DNA of 63,100 nucleotides, counting the filler, from Sphacelaria rigidula (taxonomy: Eukaryota): assembly GCA_964200075.2 (NCBI GenBank). It is 7 parts of 7 records of this genome, joined end to end, with 100 filler letters (N's around TTAATTAATTAA, not from the genome) between each part and the next. Parts side by side here need not be neighbours in the genome. Positions count along the whole stretch, not along the records: positions 18,060 to 26,988 come from CAXNAA020009729.1; positions 27,089 to 36,017 come from CAXNAA020009730.1; positions 36,118 to 45,045 come from CAXNAA020009731.1; 4 more parts are not named here. One strand, written 5' to 3'. The notes below the pieces were generated by a model. That model was not told where the DNA came from, did not search any database, and was given only the letters and a program-made list of their open reading frames with translations. Made by a program: the position numbers and the translations under genes. This document shows positions 24,667-37,149 of this stretch, one piece after another. The first letter of the stretch is position 1. Each line of letters opens with the position of its first letter.

Positions 24667-24980
24667 CTGTTCATCGTTTTTTTGTTTTCAACGTTCAACA
24701 CCAACAAGCAAATGGTTTTGCCGCGTTACGAGGTATTTCGGAAACAATGTAGTCGGTGGTACCGTCACATTTTGATCCCCAGACAGCCCGGCAATCTTGC
24801 GTGCAGCGGGAGGTTATGCCTGGATCGGACGCCCACGGGCAAGGTCTACAATCTCGGCTACAGACATTTCGGAATCAACAATGTACCGTGATGCCTGAGG
24901 GCCTAAAACCTGGAAATCTCTTCAGAGTATGGTGCTTGGTACTTTACTGTTTGGCCGACGTAATGTAGCTTATCCCTTGC

Positions 24981-25109
24981 CTTTTGGATATCGACCTTCC
25001 ACGCTATGCGGTTGTGCACGCCACCATGGTCAATCTGAACAGGGAGATCTCCGCGCTCGTAGAACCTCCGGAATTCGGTGTTCGGTGGGTTTGGGCGCTC
25101 CGCGAATGC
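24981..25109 (-). CDS. PACRG: PACRG internal exon followed by a GC-AG intron
   Basis: [43 protein letters not shown]; donor AAG|GCAAGG joins in phase 0 to LDFHHYLP. Confidence 0.92.
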
Positions 25110-25914
25110 CTGTTATTGTGACATACGAGGACACCCAGCAAAAACACGTTCAGGAAACAGATCGTTCAGGTCAATGCTACTACTGTACAACACGCAAAGC
25201 GACATCTGCTTGCTTGGGTTGATATTCCATGGTGGGCAGCCTACGGGTTGGTATCAACCCGACGATCTTACCGTGAGGTGATACTAGGTGGGGAGCTATC
25301 CGCAATCCAGGTCGTCGAGAACCAAGACCCAGTTTTCGAGGGTCGCTACCCACCGCTAACGTCTCGGAGTTGGAAACCGAGGACAGGGACAGGAGCGCAT
25401 ATACTGGATGACGTCAAGACAAGCGCTGATTGATCGCAGCTGACGTGTCTGTGGCCACATTATGTCTAAATACCTCGTCGTCATGAAAAAATGATATGCC
25501 CACAGCGATTGCTTGCTCCGACATCACTATAATAGGCAATTGGCAGCATTTCCGTTGAGTTGAATTCGCCGCCAAAGGTACGCGGCCTTTCCCCGTCGTA
25601 CAAGCTCAATCTTGGATATAGATACCCGTCTCGGACGGCCATCTGTGCGTCCGTAGCGCGACGCTCTATCACCGTGCACTAACCAACATGGCACACCCTA
25701 GCAGCGCTCCCCAGATATTGTGACCTACAGGGAAACACTGCACTGCACTCTACATTACAAGCCAGCCCGAATATATGACCGGCGACGCACACTTTGTCCA
25801 CAAATATGGATAAGAGCTGCACTTACGTCAGGGGTTGGGCTAGATTGGGTGACCAGTGTGAATTTGCACTCAGGAACAATTCACCGACGCGGCGAGCTGG
25901 TCTCAGCAGACAAT

Positions 25915-26115
25915 TTCTACCAGGTGGACATTCACGTCCCAGATGAACGTCCCAGGTGGGTACCTAAGGCCCAGATGGACATCCCTGACGGATGCTCACG
26001 TTCCAAACGGATACCCCGGGTGGATGTTTCAAACGGATTTCCCAGATGGATCGAAGATGGGCATCCGTATCCGAGACGGATAGCCCGGGGCAACAATAAC
26101 CGTCCGGGTGTCAGC
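25915..26115. repeat. Short degenerate tandem repeat (CCCAGRTGGA / ACGGA) in a PACRG intron
   Basis: CCCAGGTGG / CCCAGATGG recurs every ~20-35 bp. Confidence 0.65.
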
Positions 26116-26139
26116 GGGGAGATCAGGAAGTAGTAGTAC

Positions 26140-26403
26140 CTGGAAGTCTCGTAGTTTACTCCTCTTGGGTGTTGCTTTTCCCTTCGCAGCAGGAGTACTG
26201 GGCTCTTTCATGGTAGGTGGAGCGGTCGACCCTATTCCGTCGTGACTGCCGCGGCGACTCGTGGCTGGGATAACCGTTCCTCCGTTTCCAGTCCCGCGCT
26301 TGAGAAAGCTCTGCGGGTTCTGGTGCGTCGTTCTTCGCGAGTAGGAGAAGGCGGATACATCGATTGGCTTCGCCGGTAGGGTGTCGTGTCCGCCGGGTCG
26401 CAG
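26140..26403 (-). CDS. PACRG: Probable upstream PACRG exon (88-aa N-terminal extension); start codon not located
   Basis: Pyrimidine tract + CAG acceptor, CAG|GTACTA donor, phase 0 at both ends, open frame LRPGGHDT...FLKRGTGNGG...KLRDFQ. Confidence 0.6.
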
Positions 26404-26988
26404 CTGTTCGAAGGAAAGATAAAGCAGTAACATCATTAAGTTAGTGTCTCGTAGGATCATCAGTTGGTCGTGAGCCTGCACGTTCTGTTTGTTATATCCG
26501 CTTTGGGCCGAGCTGATTACAGCTTTTGTCGTCCAGTGGATTCGGCTGGTTGAGGTGGGCAGTCAAAATAATCGGTAGAAGAGGGACCCTGAGAGCTTAC
26601 ATGTAGCCTGAAGTGAGCTGTGGAGTTTTCGTGCGGAACAGCTCACACGGAATTCAAACTCTACGAACGCTCGTATCGCATGAACCCCCAAACACTGGTA
26701 ACGTCATGCTGCGGATTGCACACGAATGTGAGCGGGGTGCGAGAGCGATATAGGTAGTGTTCCGAGAGGAATAATACGTGGACGGAGGTGAGCGAATCAA
26801 AACTTGAAGGGGAAGGGGGGCGGGGGGGGAGAGTGTACTCATGATCTGGCATGCCGTAGTCATATGACCATGAACCTTGCACCCCTACAAAGCCGGGACG
26901 GAACATGCCACAAACTTTGTGGGGGGGTGTACTCATGATCATGCATGCCATAGTCATCAGACCATTGACCTCGCATCCCTACAAAGCC

Positions 26989-27088
26989 NNNNNNNNNNNN
27001 NNNNNNNNNNNNNNNNNNNNNNNNNNNNNNNNTTAATTAATTAANNNNNNNNNNNNNNNNNNNNNNNNNNNNNNNNNNNNNNNNNNNN
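26989..27088. other. Artificial contig linker
   Basis: N44-TTAATTAATTAA-N44. Confidence 0.98.
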
Positions 27089-27639
27089 TCTTCCCTGCAA
27101 AAGAGAAATGCCACTTCAACCCCATATTTTGTATCAACCCCATTTTCTAGGATGCACTGTTAAAAGGTGTTTTCTCACCCCAACATTTGGAGTTTGAGCG
27201 TGAAATTTGGTATGGATAATGCATGGGGCATTAAAGACAATTACGTCGGTCCCAAACAGGTTTTTTCATGTGTGACGGGCAATAATCACTTTTCAGTTAA
27301 CAGCAAAATGCCCTCAACTCATGACAACAAGAAACCTTTAAGTACCGACGTTATTTGTTTTTATGCCCCATACATCGTCCATACCAAATCTACACTCCGA
27401 CTTTTAATATTGGAGTGAGCAAACCCATGTAAACTTCAAATCCACCTCTAGGTTGGCCCAGCTCGTAGTATATTCCTGCTCTCCCTTCTCTTTTTCTGTC
27501 TTCCTCTTTTTTTTTCTTTTGTTTCCCCTCAGTTTTTCTCCCTTTCTTCTTCTTCTTTCTCCTCTTTCATCTTATACATTTGCTCTTGTTCTCTTCCTTT
27601 TCCTCTTTGGTCTATTCCTTTTTCTTTGCCCTACCGGAT

Positions 27640-27870
27640 CATAGCCCGGACATAAGATATAAAATGATGAAGTTAAACATGTTGTCTTTCTTCGTTCTGT
27701 CTATCTACCTGAACACGGCCCGGATACAGACATGAAATCATAAACGAAGCAAACCACGTTTTCTTTGCATTAACCACAACATAGCCCAGACATTGACATG
27801 AAGTAGTAACGAAACTAACCATCTTCTTGTATGCTTTGACCAGATTACAAGCCAGATATAGACCTGATTA
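27640..27870. repeat. Three to four degenerate ~70-bp tandem units
   Basis: GCCC(G/A)GA.A.AGA.AT.AA motif at ~27641, 27717, 27781, 27850. Confidence 0.6.
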
Positions 27871-27899
27871 TCTCGATCCAAAACGGATCTTGGGCATTG

Positions 27900-30464
27900 A
27901 AAAACGTTGCCTTTTGAAATCGAACTTCAAAATGGCGTTCCGCCGATCTCTTCTCGACTGTATATGTCAAACCCCATCCTTACCAAAAGAGTCAATGCCA
28001 TCTTTATTTGAAAGCTGGTTTAACCCAACACTCTTCTTCTCCATGGGCCTCGCCCCTCGTGTTCGTCCCCACAAAGGATGGAAACATACGCATCACCGTG
28101 AGTTATTGACGACTGAATCGCGTCACGTGTCGTAGGAAAAGTTCTGATCCCTCGCATCGATGAAGTCTTCGACTCTCTAGGCGAACGCAAAAGTTTCAGT
28201 ACCTTCCATTGCGCTTCTGGATTTTTTAAGAATGCCATTCACCCTTACACAATTCCATACACAACGTTCTGTACATGTTTCCGGGCTCTACGAATGGCTC
28301 CGTATGCCATAAGGCGCCGCCATTGCACCAGGTTGTTTCCAACGTTGATGCAACGCGTCACAGAGGGCCTCAAACACGTCATCATGTGCTTGAACGATGA
28401 TATCGCCTTTGATACCTCTCCTGTTGCGCATGGGCGCACCTTACGAGAGTTTTTTCTCGCCTACGGACGCATGATTTGAAACTGTCCCCATCCAAAGCTC
28501 GCCTTGGCGCGACTGAATTGGATTTCCTGGGACATTCACCAGCGGGCCTGCCTCCGGATACCAACAAAGTCAGGGTAATGACTGAAATGTCGACGCCTAC
28601 CAACATTCCCAGCTCCGCTCATTGTTAGGTGGACTGTTCTACCATCGCAAATTCTTGCCCAATCTGTCCAAAGGAACTCGTCTCATCACAGACTTGCGTT
28701 AAAAAGGCGTCGTGTTTGTGTTCACCAACGACATGAAAGCTATGGTTCGCGATTCGTTGGAAACGTTTCCGAAAAATATCGGTTCTATGTTTTCTAGACT
28801 GAGATACGGTGCAAGATGGCTCTCGCCTCTTTCAACTGCACATAGACGCCAGCACCGACGGGTTCGGCGTGGTTCTGAATCAACCTCAACTTCATGGCTC
28901 TGTTCGACCCATCCTTCAAACCAGCCGCGCCACCCTGCCGAACGAAGCCAACTGGAGCCTACTGGAGTTGGAAGGCGGGATCATCACTTGGGCTGTAAAG
29001 CGCCTTCGACAATATTCGTCCCACGTGCCTTTCCATAGTTACAAGGACCACGGAGCACTCGAACAACTCGCTAGGGTTGGCGAACGCAATCCGCGTGTGC
29101 AACGCTGGTTGGAGTTTCTGACAGCATACCAGTATCCTGTCAAACACCGCCCAGGCAAATCAACGGGGAAGTTGACCCTCTGTCCCGCCTATCCCTTCCT
29201 CCAATGGCCGTAAACTTCAGCCCAGCTCGTCGATTAACTGAACCCCATGAACCAGGCGTCTATCCTATCTGGCGTTTTTCAACGTTCATTTACGCCCTTG
29301 ATCTTCACTGCCCAGAAACGGTTATGCATCATGGGCGGCCCTTATCCCTCACCGTATGATGCAGTCTTGGGTGGGCTGAAACCCACAACCGACGATATCG
29401 TCGATTTCCGTACTTTCGGTCGGTCCTCGCGCGAATAAATATTTCTTCCCCGCCGCCCCCAGGTATCCATCTCATTTCCGACAAAACGTGCTCTCAGTCT
29501 GCCGCCGGCGCCAACCCCCCCCGCGCCCCGCCGCCACCGACAACACCTACTGCTCCCACCAGCAGCGTAGCACCGGCTCCCCGCAACAGCGCGCCATGAG
29601 CCTCATCAAAACCCGCCACGGACAATGCACGCAACAAGCGCCGATCATGTCCCCCGGCGCGCACTACTGCGGCAACGCCGCCCTCCGTGGCACCGTCAGT
29701 GCCCACTCCTTCTGATGGTAGAATGGACGCCTTCGATCCTGATCCCGATGTGAATATCGACGTTGGCACCCTCACCCCGTCGCCTGTCCAACCACTTCCT
29801 GAGCCACCATGCCTGGCTGCCCTCTCCGGTGGAAGGTCAACTGCGCGAGTTCCTCGCCAGCTACTCCCATCGTGATAGGGCTCATGAACAACAAGCAGAA
29901 TCAGTATGCCGCGCTACCATGCGGTACTTACAGGTCGGCGGCCCTGTCCGTATCCCTGTCAATGTTCTGCCCCCGGCTGGTACACTGCCACCACCAAACG
30001 CTTCTGAGGTGTTCGAACTCGCACGTAAAGGTACTACCTCTACGACTGATGACGGTATCCAGCTATTCGTCGGCCACCCCACGCCCCACGCCCTAGCCGG
30101 GTGCAACTTCAGCCGTGACCTCTGGGCGTCATGCATGCCTACTCGATGACGAACCCAGCCGGGTATATGTACCATTTTTGATGCGACCATGGGTCATGAG
30201 AGCCTGCCATACTGACTTGTCTCGTCACCTTGATGTCACGCGCACATTAGCGCTACTTGAAGGTTTTTACCGATAGATATGTATGGAATTCCCGTTTTTG
30301 GATTCGCCGATGCTTCAAGTGTCAAGCTCGCAAAACCACACGACAGACAATACGTTGTTGGCCCGTCATTTCTATGGAACTTTCCAACGCCCCTGGGTGT
30401 CTCTTGTCGGTTGACTATCTCGGTTCTCTACTGACCATTGATCGTGGCAACAGCTACATTTTAC
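27900..30464 (+). mobile_element. Degenerate Ty3/Gypsy LTR retrotransposon pol (RT, RNase H, integrase zinc finger), truncated
   Basis: SSPWASPLVFV, IPRIDEVFDSLG, ELDFLGH, LHIDASTDGFGVVL, LELEGG, RVQRWLEFL, H..H..CFKCQARK; many stops and frameshifts. Confidence 0.93.
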
Positions 30465-32935
30465 GAGATATACCATGTCCCTGGTGATGGCGTCATCCCC
30501 GCTAAATTGCACGAGGACTATCTCGAGCACTGCCGCGAAGAAGATGTTGAACAGCAGGGGAAACAGTACACATCCTTGTCGCAGTCCCTGTGTGACTTCA
30601 AACCACTCCGAGAGCTCCCCGTCGTCCATGCGTACGCGGGCCTGCATACTGTCGTGGAATTGGCGGATAATTGCTATCATCTCATCCGGAATACCAGCTC
30701 GGGCCAGTATCTACCACAGAAGCTCTCGGTCGACCGAGTCATATGTCTCCTGGAGGTCGACGAAGCACATGTACAGCGGTATTCATCGCCGCCGTCCCAG
30801 CTCCTGGAGTCGGCGTACTACGAACAGCATGTCGACAGTGGATTGATCAGGTCGGAATCCGCACTGTTCCTCCGGTCATATCCCGTGTGTTTCGCAGTAG
30901 TCGCTGAGGCGGTTGGCCACTATCGTCAGGAGCACTTTCCCTGCGTGCGATACCAGAGAGATACCCCTGTAGTTATTACGGCTGGGCCGGTCCGAGTTCT
31001 GGTACAGCACCTTGATGGTTGTATCTTTCCACTCCTGCGGGACCTCCCACCCGTTCCACATCTCGACCAGAATGGTATGGAAGCGTTCGAGGACGATGGG
31101 CTCGGCGCGGCCGTCGATCTTGAGTAGCTTCACAGGAAGGAAGACGTGTCCTGGCGCTTTCCAGTTGTGCATCCCTCGTACTGCTCGTCTGGTTTGCTCC
31201 AGTGTTGGTGCTGCCCCAAGCGGTACTGAATCCCCGGTGGTTGGCGCTGCCGGTCGCTGTTTCACCTCCTCAATGATGGCTGGGTTGAGCGTGGGCGATT
31301 TGACGTTGAGCAGGGCGTGGAAGAATCTCGCCCACCGTTTGAGGATGGCAATTTTGTTCCTCAGTAGGACGCCGTTCTCGTCCTTTAGGAACTGCTGCCC
31401 CCCGTATTGCCTTCCACCAGACCCATCGATCTCCTGAGGTGTTTGTACAAGCCTCTCATGTCGCGATCCTTGTAGATCGCTTCTAGCCTTGACACATACC
31501 TCTCGAGATGTGCATGGATGCCGTCATCTACCGCTGCACGGACGTTCTTACACACGGCTCTGAGTTCTTTCCACGATGCTGGGGTCCGGTGATGCTTCAT
31601 CAGTTGGCGTGCCTCCCGTCGTTTGGCGAGCGCTGCTTCCACTGTTGCTCTCGTGCCGGGATTTTCACACCATTCCGGCATACGTGGTATCCGTGCCTCT
31701 TCCTGTCTGCGCTGCTTCGAGGATAGCTTCGGTAAACTGCTTCGCGGCCGCCGGTACGGTGGTGATTGGCTGGTATTTTTGCTCGGCGAGGTTATGTGGG
31801 AACCTCTCGGTCACGTGCCACCTTGCCATTTCGGTCTGCAGCTGCTGTCGACTAAATTGCCGCTGCTTCGACTTGGTGCGTACTTGGCGGCTGTGGGCCA
31901 GGCGGCCACCGAGGTCGACAGTGGCCACCACCATGTTGTGGTCCGAATCCGCTTTAGCCGGGGGTGCGGGTTGGGGGTGTAGGACTACGGTGCGTACTCT
32001 ACCTCGGTGTTCCTGCCGGGTAAGGATGTAGTCTATGCGCTTGAAGTCGATCGTGCGATTTCCCACACCACCGTTGTATGTGTGCGAGATTCCGCCTTTG
32101 TGCGTGCTAAAGAAGGCGTTCGTGATGGCTAGTTTATTGTCGGTTGCGAAAGTTAGCAGAGGTTTGCCGTTATCGTTCAGCTTATCACGTCTATAGGCGC
32201 CTAGGACCCCTTCGTCCTCTAGGCCCTCTCCTGCTTTATCCGACACTTTCTACGATAGCCCCCCCCCAAAAAAGTGCATGTTTTGGGGGGGCGAAATCTC
32301 CACGTAAATCGAAATGGGAAAAGCCGCGCACAACGAGCAGCTGGGAATTCCCACGCTTGGGTTCACTCTAGCCAATGTCGCCAATATGAAGCGCTTGATG
32401 CAACCTGAACACAAACATCAGTCGCTCTATGGCCATTTGTTTAGTGGCACATTTGGGCTGGTTTGGGGGGGGGGCTATCGTAGAAAGAGTCATCCCCCGT
32501 CCGCACTTTGGCATCCATCAGCGCATACACACATTCCTTCGACGGGATTCGCTGTACGAGATCGTCAAGCCCATCCCAGAACGCTTGCTTCGTTTCGTTC
32601 TGGACGACTTCAGTTGGTGCACACGAAGCTACGAAATTGATCGCTCCGATCTGCCCCGATATTTCAAATCGCATCGCCCTGAGGCGCTCGCCAACGTACT
32701 CAGTGGTACAGGTGGCATTATTACGAATCGACTCTTTCACGGCTATTTCCACACCGTGTTGCCCACCTGACTCGCTCCCACGGCAGAAGACTCTGAACCC
32801 TGCTGCTGTACAGTCTGTTCGCCCCGCCCTTCGTGTCTCCTGCAGTCCCACCGCCGAGATGTTAAGCCTCGCAGCCTCGTACAAGACGCTGTAGTTTCAC
32901 CCCCATCCGTTCGCCCCTTTCACAGCTAGAGAGTC
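30465..32935 (-). mobile_element. RTE-like LINE fragment (AP endonuclease + N-terminal half of RT)
   Basis: [57 protein letters not shown]; ends before the catalytic YADD motif. Confidence 0.93.
32242..32491. mobile_element. MITE with 4-bp TSD inserted in the LINE endonuclease
   Basis: TIR GACACTTTCTACGATAGCCCC / GGGGCTATCGTAGAAAGAGTC; ATCC on both sides; removal restores the frame VRTGDKAGEG. Confidence 0.9.
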
Positions 32936-33160
32936 AAACGAATTATTCAAACAACGAATGAGTACGCCCCAAGCACCACCGCCCCCCACCCCCCACACCC
33001 CCCCACCACACATGTCACCAAAATCGACAATGACTACGAGAACGGAAGACGCAGCTCGAGCAGCGAGCACGAAACTGAGCGAATCGATCAGCGAAAGTTC
33101 GCCAAATCTACCGCCGACGGCATTGTAAATATCGAAAGCTTGTAAACGCTGCCGCACAGC

Positions 33161-35958
33161 TCATGCCAATGATGCAGCAGCAGCAGTCGCTCCCCGGGTG
33201 CGTTTCGAAGGTGGCGAGGGCGGGCCACCCTCACGTACGCGCTGATTTGCCCGGCCACCTGGGGTACCTACTGTCATGGACGTACCGCGTCCACCTCCAC
33301 CTCCTGTAGCAACTGCACCGCGGGTAACTTGTGTAGTGTGCGCAACCCTTCCATGTCCCGAGAGATCACTTCCACGTCCTCTCGCAGACACCCCACGCCT
33401 ACCTCCTGCAGGTACCCTACACCCACCTTCTCCTACAGGCATCACGCGCCCACGCTCTGTAGCAAGCCTCCCAGGCCCACCTCTTCTCGCAGGCATCCCA
33501 CGCCCACCTCTTCTCGCAGGAATCTCATGCCCCCCTCTCGCAGGCAAACCACGTCCACCGTGTCCTGCAGGCACCCCACGATCACCCTGTGCCGTAGGCA
33601 TCCCACACACACCTTTCGCAGATACCTCACGCCCACCCCTTTCGGAGGCACTCCACGCCCACCCACCCCATACCCATCACCACCCACTCCTTGGCCACTA
33701 ACCGGGGCTTCACCATGACCCATGCCCCGTCCTTCACCACGGCCTGCAGCGGCAGCGGCAGCCTCCCGTGCTGCCTTCTTGGCTAGCCGTGCGGTGGCAC
33801 GATCGGCCTTTGCTTGCTCTTCGTCCCGTCTTTAACGCCCGTCCTCCTTGTATCTTGCCATGACCTCGTCACAAGTGAGGAGGCCTCCCCGGGCACTTCC
33901 ACTCGCGCACCTGGAGATCGATGGACGCCTCCTTGCTTCTTGATGCTTCGTGTACCAGCCAAACATGACCGTACTAACCCGCAGTCCAGGCGTTGTGTGG
34001 CCTTGGCTTTAGAGCTTGCGCACAGCACGATCACCGAGTGCAGAAGCGAGCACGTTCTCGCTTATCGTGACTGGCACGTCCGCCAAAGGTGACCGAGCAC
34101 CCTGCAGCCCCGATCGTTGCGATCCACGCCCGCGTAGCCTGTTCAGAGCCTAGTGTATGTCCACAGGCCACAGACCTGCTCCCTCAAACGATGCCTAGAC
34201 CTGTGACGGCGTGAAGCTCAGCGAAAATGCGTCTCGAATCACTTTGACCATGTCCACTTTAACGGGAATCTTGCCACCGTTGCGGCGTGGGAACGACTGC
34301 AATGTTGACGTAATCTCCCTCTTGAAGATCCCAAGTGCTGCCACGTCCAGGGGCTGTGTGATATGTGATGAATGCGACGGGAACTGAAACAGCTCAATAT
34401 TCAACGACATCGCCAACTTAATCGCTTCGAAGGTGAGGTGGGAGGCTTGCCCATCAAGCATTAGCACGTGCGGCTTCCCGTCATCCTCCCCGGTGCCAGC
34501 AATGTGCTTGTAGAACGCCTTTATGTGGTTTATGAACACCGGTCCCTGCATGGAGGATGACTCGGTTGAAGCGTACAACGCGCCCGGTGGACTCACGCCA
34601 TTGACCCACGCCGCCTGCACTCGCTGCCCTTTGAAAATGATCAGCGACAGAATCACCTCGCCCGCCGCGTTGATGGTGGCGACGGCCATAACATTCTCGC
34701 GACAGTTCGAGCGCTTCGTGCCGACGACCTTTCGTCCTTTCTCGGCGATGATCTTCCGCGCCTTGTTCCCTTGCGGAGTAACACCTTCGGCGTAAATATC
34801 CACGGGTGACGTGTGTAGTAGGGGGGGGGGGTATTCAATGATGTCGCTGTACAGAGTACCGAGTATTACGTCGAGTATCGGGTTGTACGCACAGTACTGG
34901 CACCACCTCTGATGACGGTGCTTACGACAACTCTATAGACAGTATAGGCAGTACCTCTACAAAGCGTGAATACAACCAACAGAACACGCTGAGACAGTAG
35001 TACGACACGCACACACAAACGCCAAGTGCTGCAGAGGATAGGAAAGCGGCGAGGCTAACACCGTTTCAAATGCGTCATATAGCTCTAATCTAAATCAGAG
35101 CACACAAACAACAACTCCACAGCTGCAGCCTCTGGCTCTTGGTCTAGACAAATAACACGGGATCTTACAAATTGGGGATGGATCTTCCATTGGGGATGAA
35201 AAAGCCAGAGAATAAAAATCTTCGAATCTACCCCAAATGTTCAACATATAGTTCCATTTCTTAACCTACAAATAGCTATTGACAACTGCGACACGCCATC
35301 GAAATTTGGATTTCGATCGCTGAAATGTTGGGGTCCTTGATGAAGAACCAATTTCAGAACCATTTTGGCGTCCGTTCGGACACCCGAAATTCCCCAAAAT
35401 TGGTTTTTCGCCTAGGACCCCAACATTTCGGCGATCGAAATCCAATTTTCTATGGCGTGTACCAGTCGTCAATAGCAATCAGTGGGTGAAGAAATGGAAC
35501 CATATTTCAAAGATTTGGTGTAGATACGAATATTTTAATTCTCCGGGTTTCTCATCCCCAATAAAAGGTCCATCCCCAATAAAAGACCCATTCCCAATAA
35601 AAAATCCATCCCCAATAAAAGATCCATCCCCAATTTGTAAGATCCATCCCCAATTTGTAAGATCCCGTGTTAAATGCGTTGTGTCACATAAGCGGACCGG
35701 CTCTTGACATACTGTAAAGCACCTGTCTCGTCAGTGTTCGAAATGTGGTCGGCTGCTGGCTTCTTGTTCACGTAGTCCCGCCATGCGGCGTAAAACTCTC
35801 GCGTGCAATCCTCGTGATCAGCCACAACTCGGTCGATCTCGTAGATGCGGCTGCTGCGCTCTGCTAGCCGCGGGTGCCTCCGAAGGAACAGTTCGAGCCA
35901 TTTTCGGCCTGGGCCTACTGCCGGGTCCCATGGCACCGGTCGATTGACAGGGGATTCT
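33161..35958 (-). pseudogene. pogo/Tigger-like (CENP-B HTH + DDE_1) transposase pseudogene with one intron (34785-35722)
   Basis: PGRKWLELFLRRHPRL, NTDET/G, VLMLDGQASH, FPSHSSHITQPLDV, SFEGAGLWP, LLTCDEV; in-frame stops downstream of the DDE domain. Confidence 0.88.
35155..35670. mobile_element. Foldback MITE (TA TSD) inside the transposase intron
   Basis: TA|ACACGGGATCTTACAAATTGGGGATGG ... CCCAATTTGTAAGATCCCGTGT|TA; arms about 200 bp. Confidence 0.88.
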
Positions 35959-36017
35959 ATAAAATGAGGTTCATCAATGAAATGAGGTTCGAGCCCAAAA
36001 CCGTATTTTCTCCACAC

Positions 36018-36117
36018 NNNNNNNNNNNNNNNNNNNNNNNNNNNNNNNNNNNNNNNNNNNNTTAATTAATTAANNNNNNNNNNNNNNNNNNNNNNNNNNN
36101 NNNNNNNNNNNNNNNNN
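36018..36117. other. Artificial contig linker
   Basis: N44-TTAATTAATTAA-N44. Confidence 0.98.
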
Positions 36118-37149
36118 TTGTTGTTTATTCATTTATTCCTTTATCTGTCGCACTTTCCCCCCCCCCCCCCTCCTCGGGACGAGTTCGTGGTCTCAAGGGA
36201 TCAATACATGTCTCCTTTGTACCCGCCTTGCATCTTGGTCTCGCGGATTGGGTCAGCACTTCCTCACCGCGTCAAATAAGCTCAGTCAACTACTTTTTTC
36301 ACTCACGTTCTCACGCTTTTCATGGTGGAAATCAGATACTACGAAGAAAAAGCCCGACTTGTCGGAAAGTCGAACACTCGTTCTCTGCACCATGATGGCG
36401 ACAGTCGGACCATTACAGCACCGGGACGCAATGTGCGCTAGAATCCTCACATCGAGTACAGCCAGTCATTTCTAGATGGCAGAATCCGCCAAGTCGTCTT
36501 CTCTGGCAGAGACGTCGTCGAACTTTCTCGGGCCATTGCCTCAGGCTTGTCTCGTGAACAGGTTGATTATTCGCTACATAGCATCGTTGCTTGGACCGTT
36601 TAGCTTACGTATGATGTCCCAACGCCTGGTGGACGCATTGAACGTCATCAAACAGGACATCTACTCCATCCCATATTAAGGGCTTCCGCTTGAACCACGA
36701 ACTAATCGAGTCGATGAAGTCGTTCAAAATATATACTTCATTTCGTCAACATGACATTGGTTCCTCATCTCGCGAGTAGTTCAATACTTCCCCGATATCG
36801 TCAAAACTCATACTTAGCCTATGCCGTTCGCCGTTGAGCAATGTGTCTGGAATGCTTAAGTGGCCGTCCGTCGGTCCTTCTCCCAAATCATGTTAATTGA
36901 TGCATTGATTGATTGTCGCACTACCTGATCCATTGAAAATTGAGCCCTAGTGCCAAAATAGACGACGGCGATGACGACGACACCGACGACGACGACGATC
37001 TTTTTATCAGCTTATCCTCTATGCCACGTTCGATTCTTGGTGATTCCATGTTGATAACACGAAGGCCATTGGCGGCGTATCTGGCGCAGATCGGTCCCGT
37101 GCCGCAGCGTGGATTCCACAGGATGGCGGTCGTTGCGCGCATGATGTTT

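Noticed and set aside
30438-32031. Long plus-strand ORFs (229, 141, 151 aa)
   Set aside because: Antisense shadows of the minus-strand LINE ORF.
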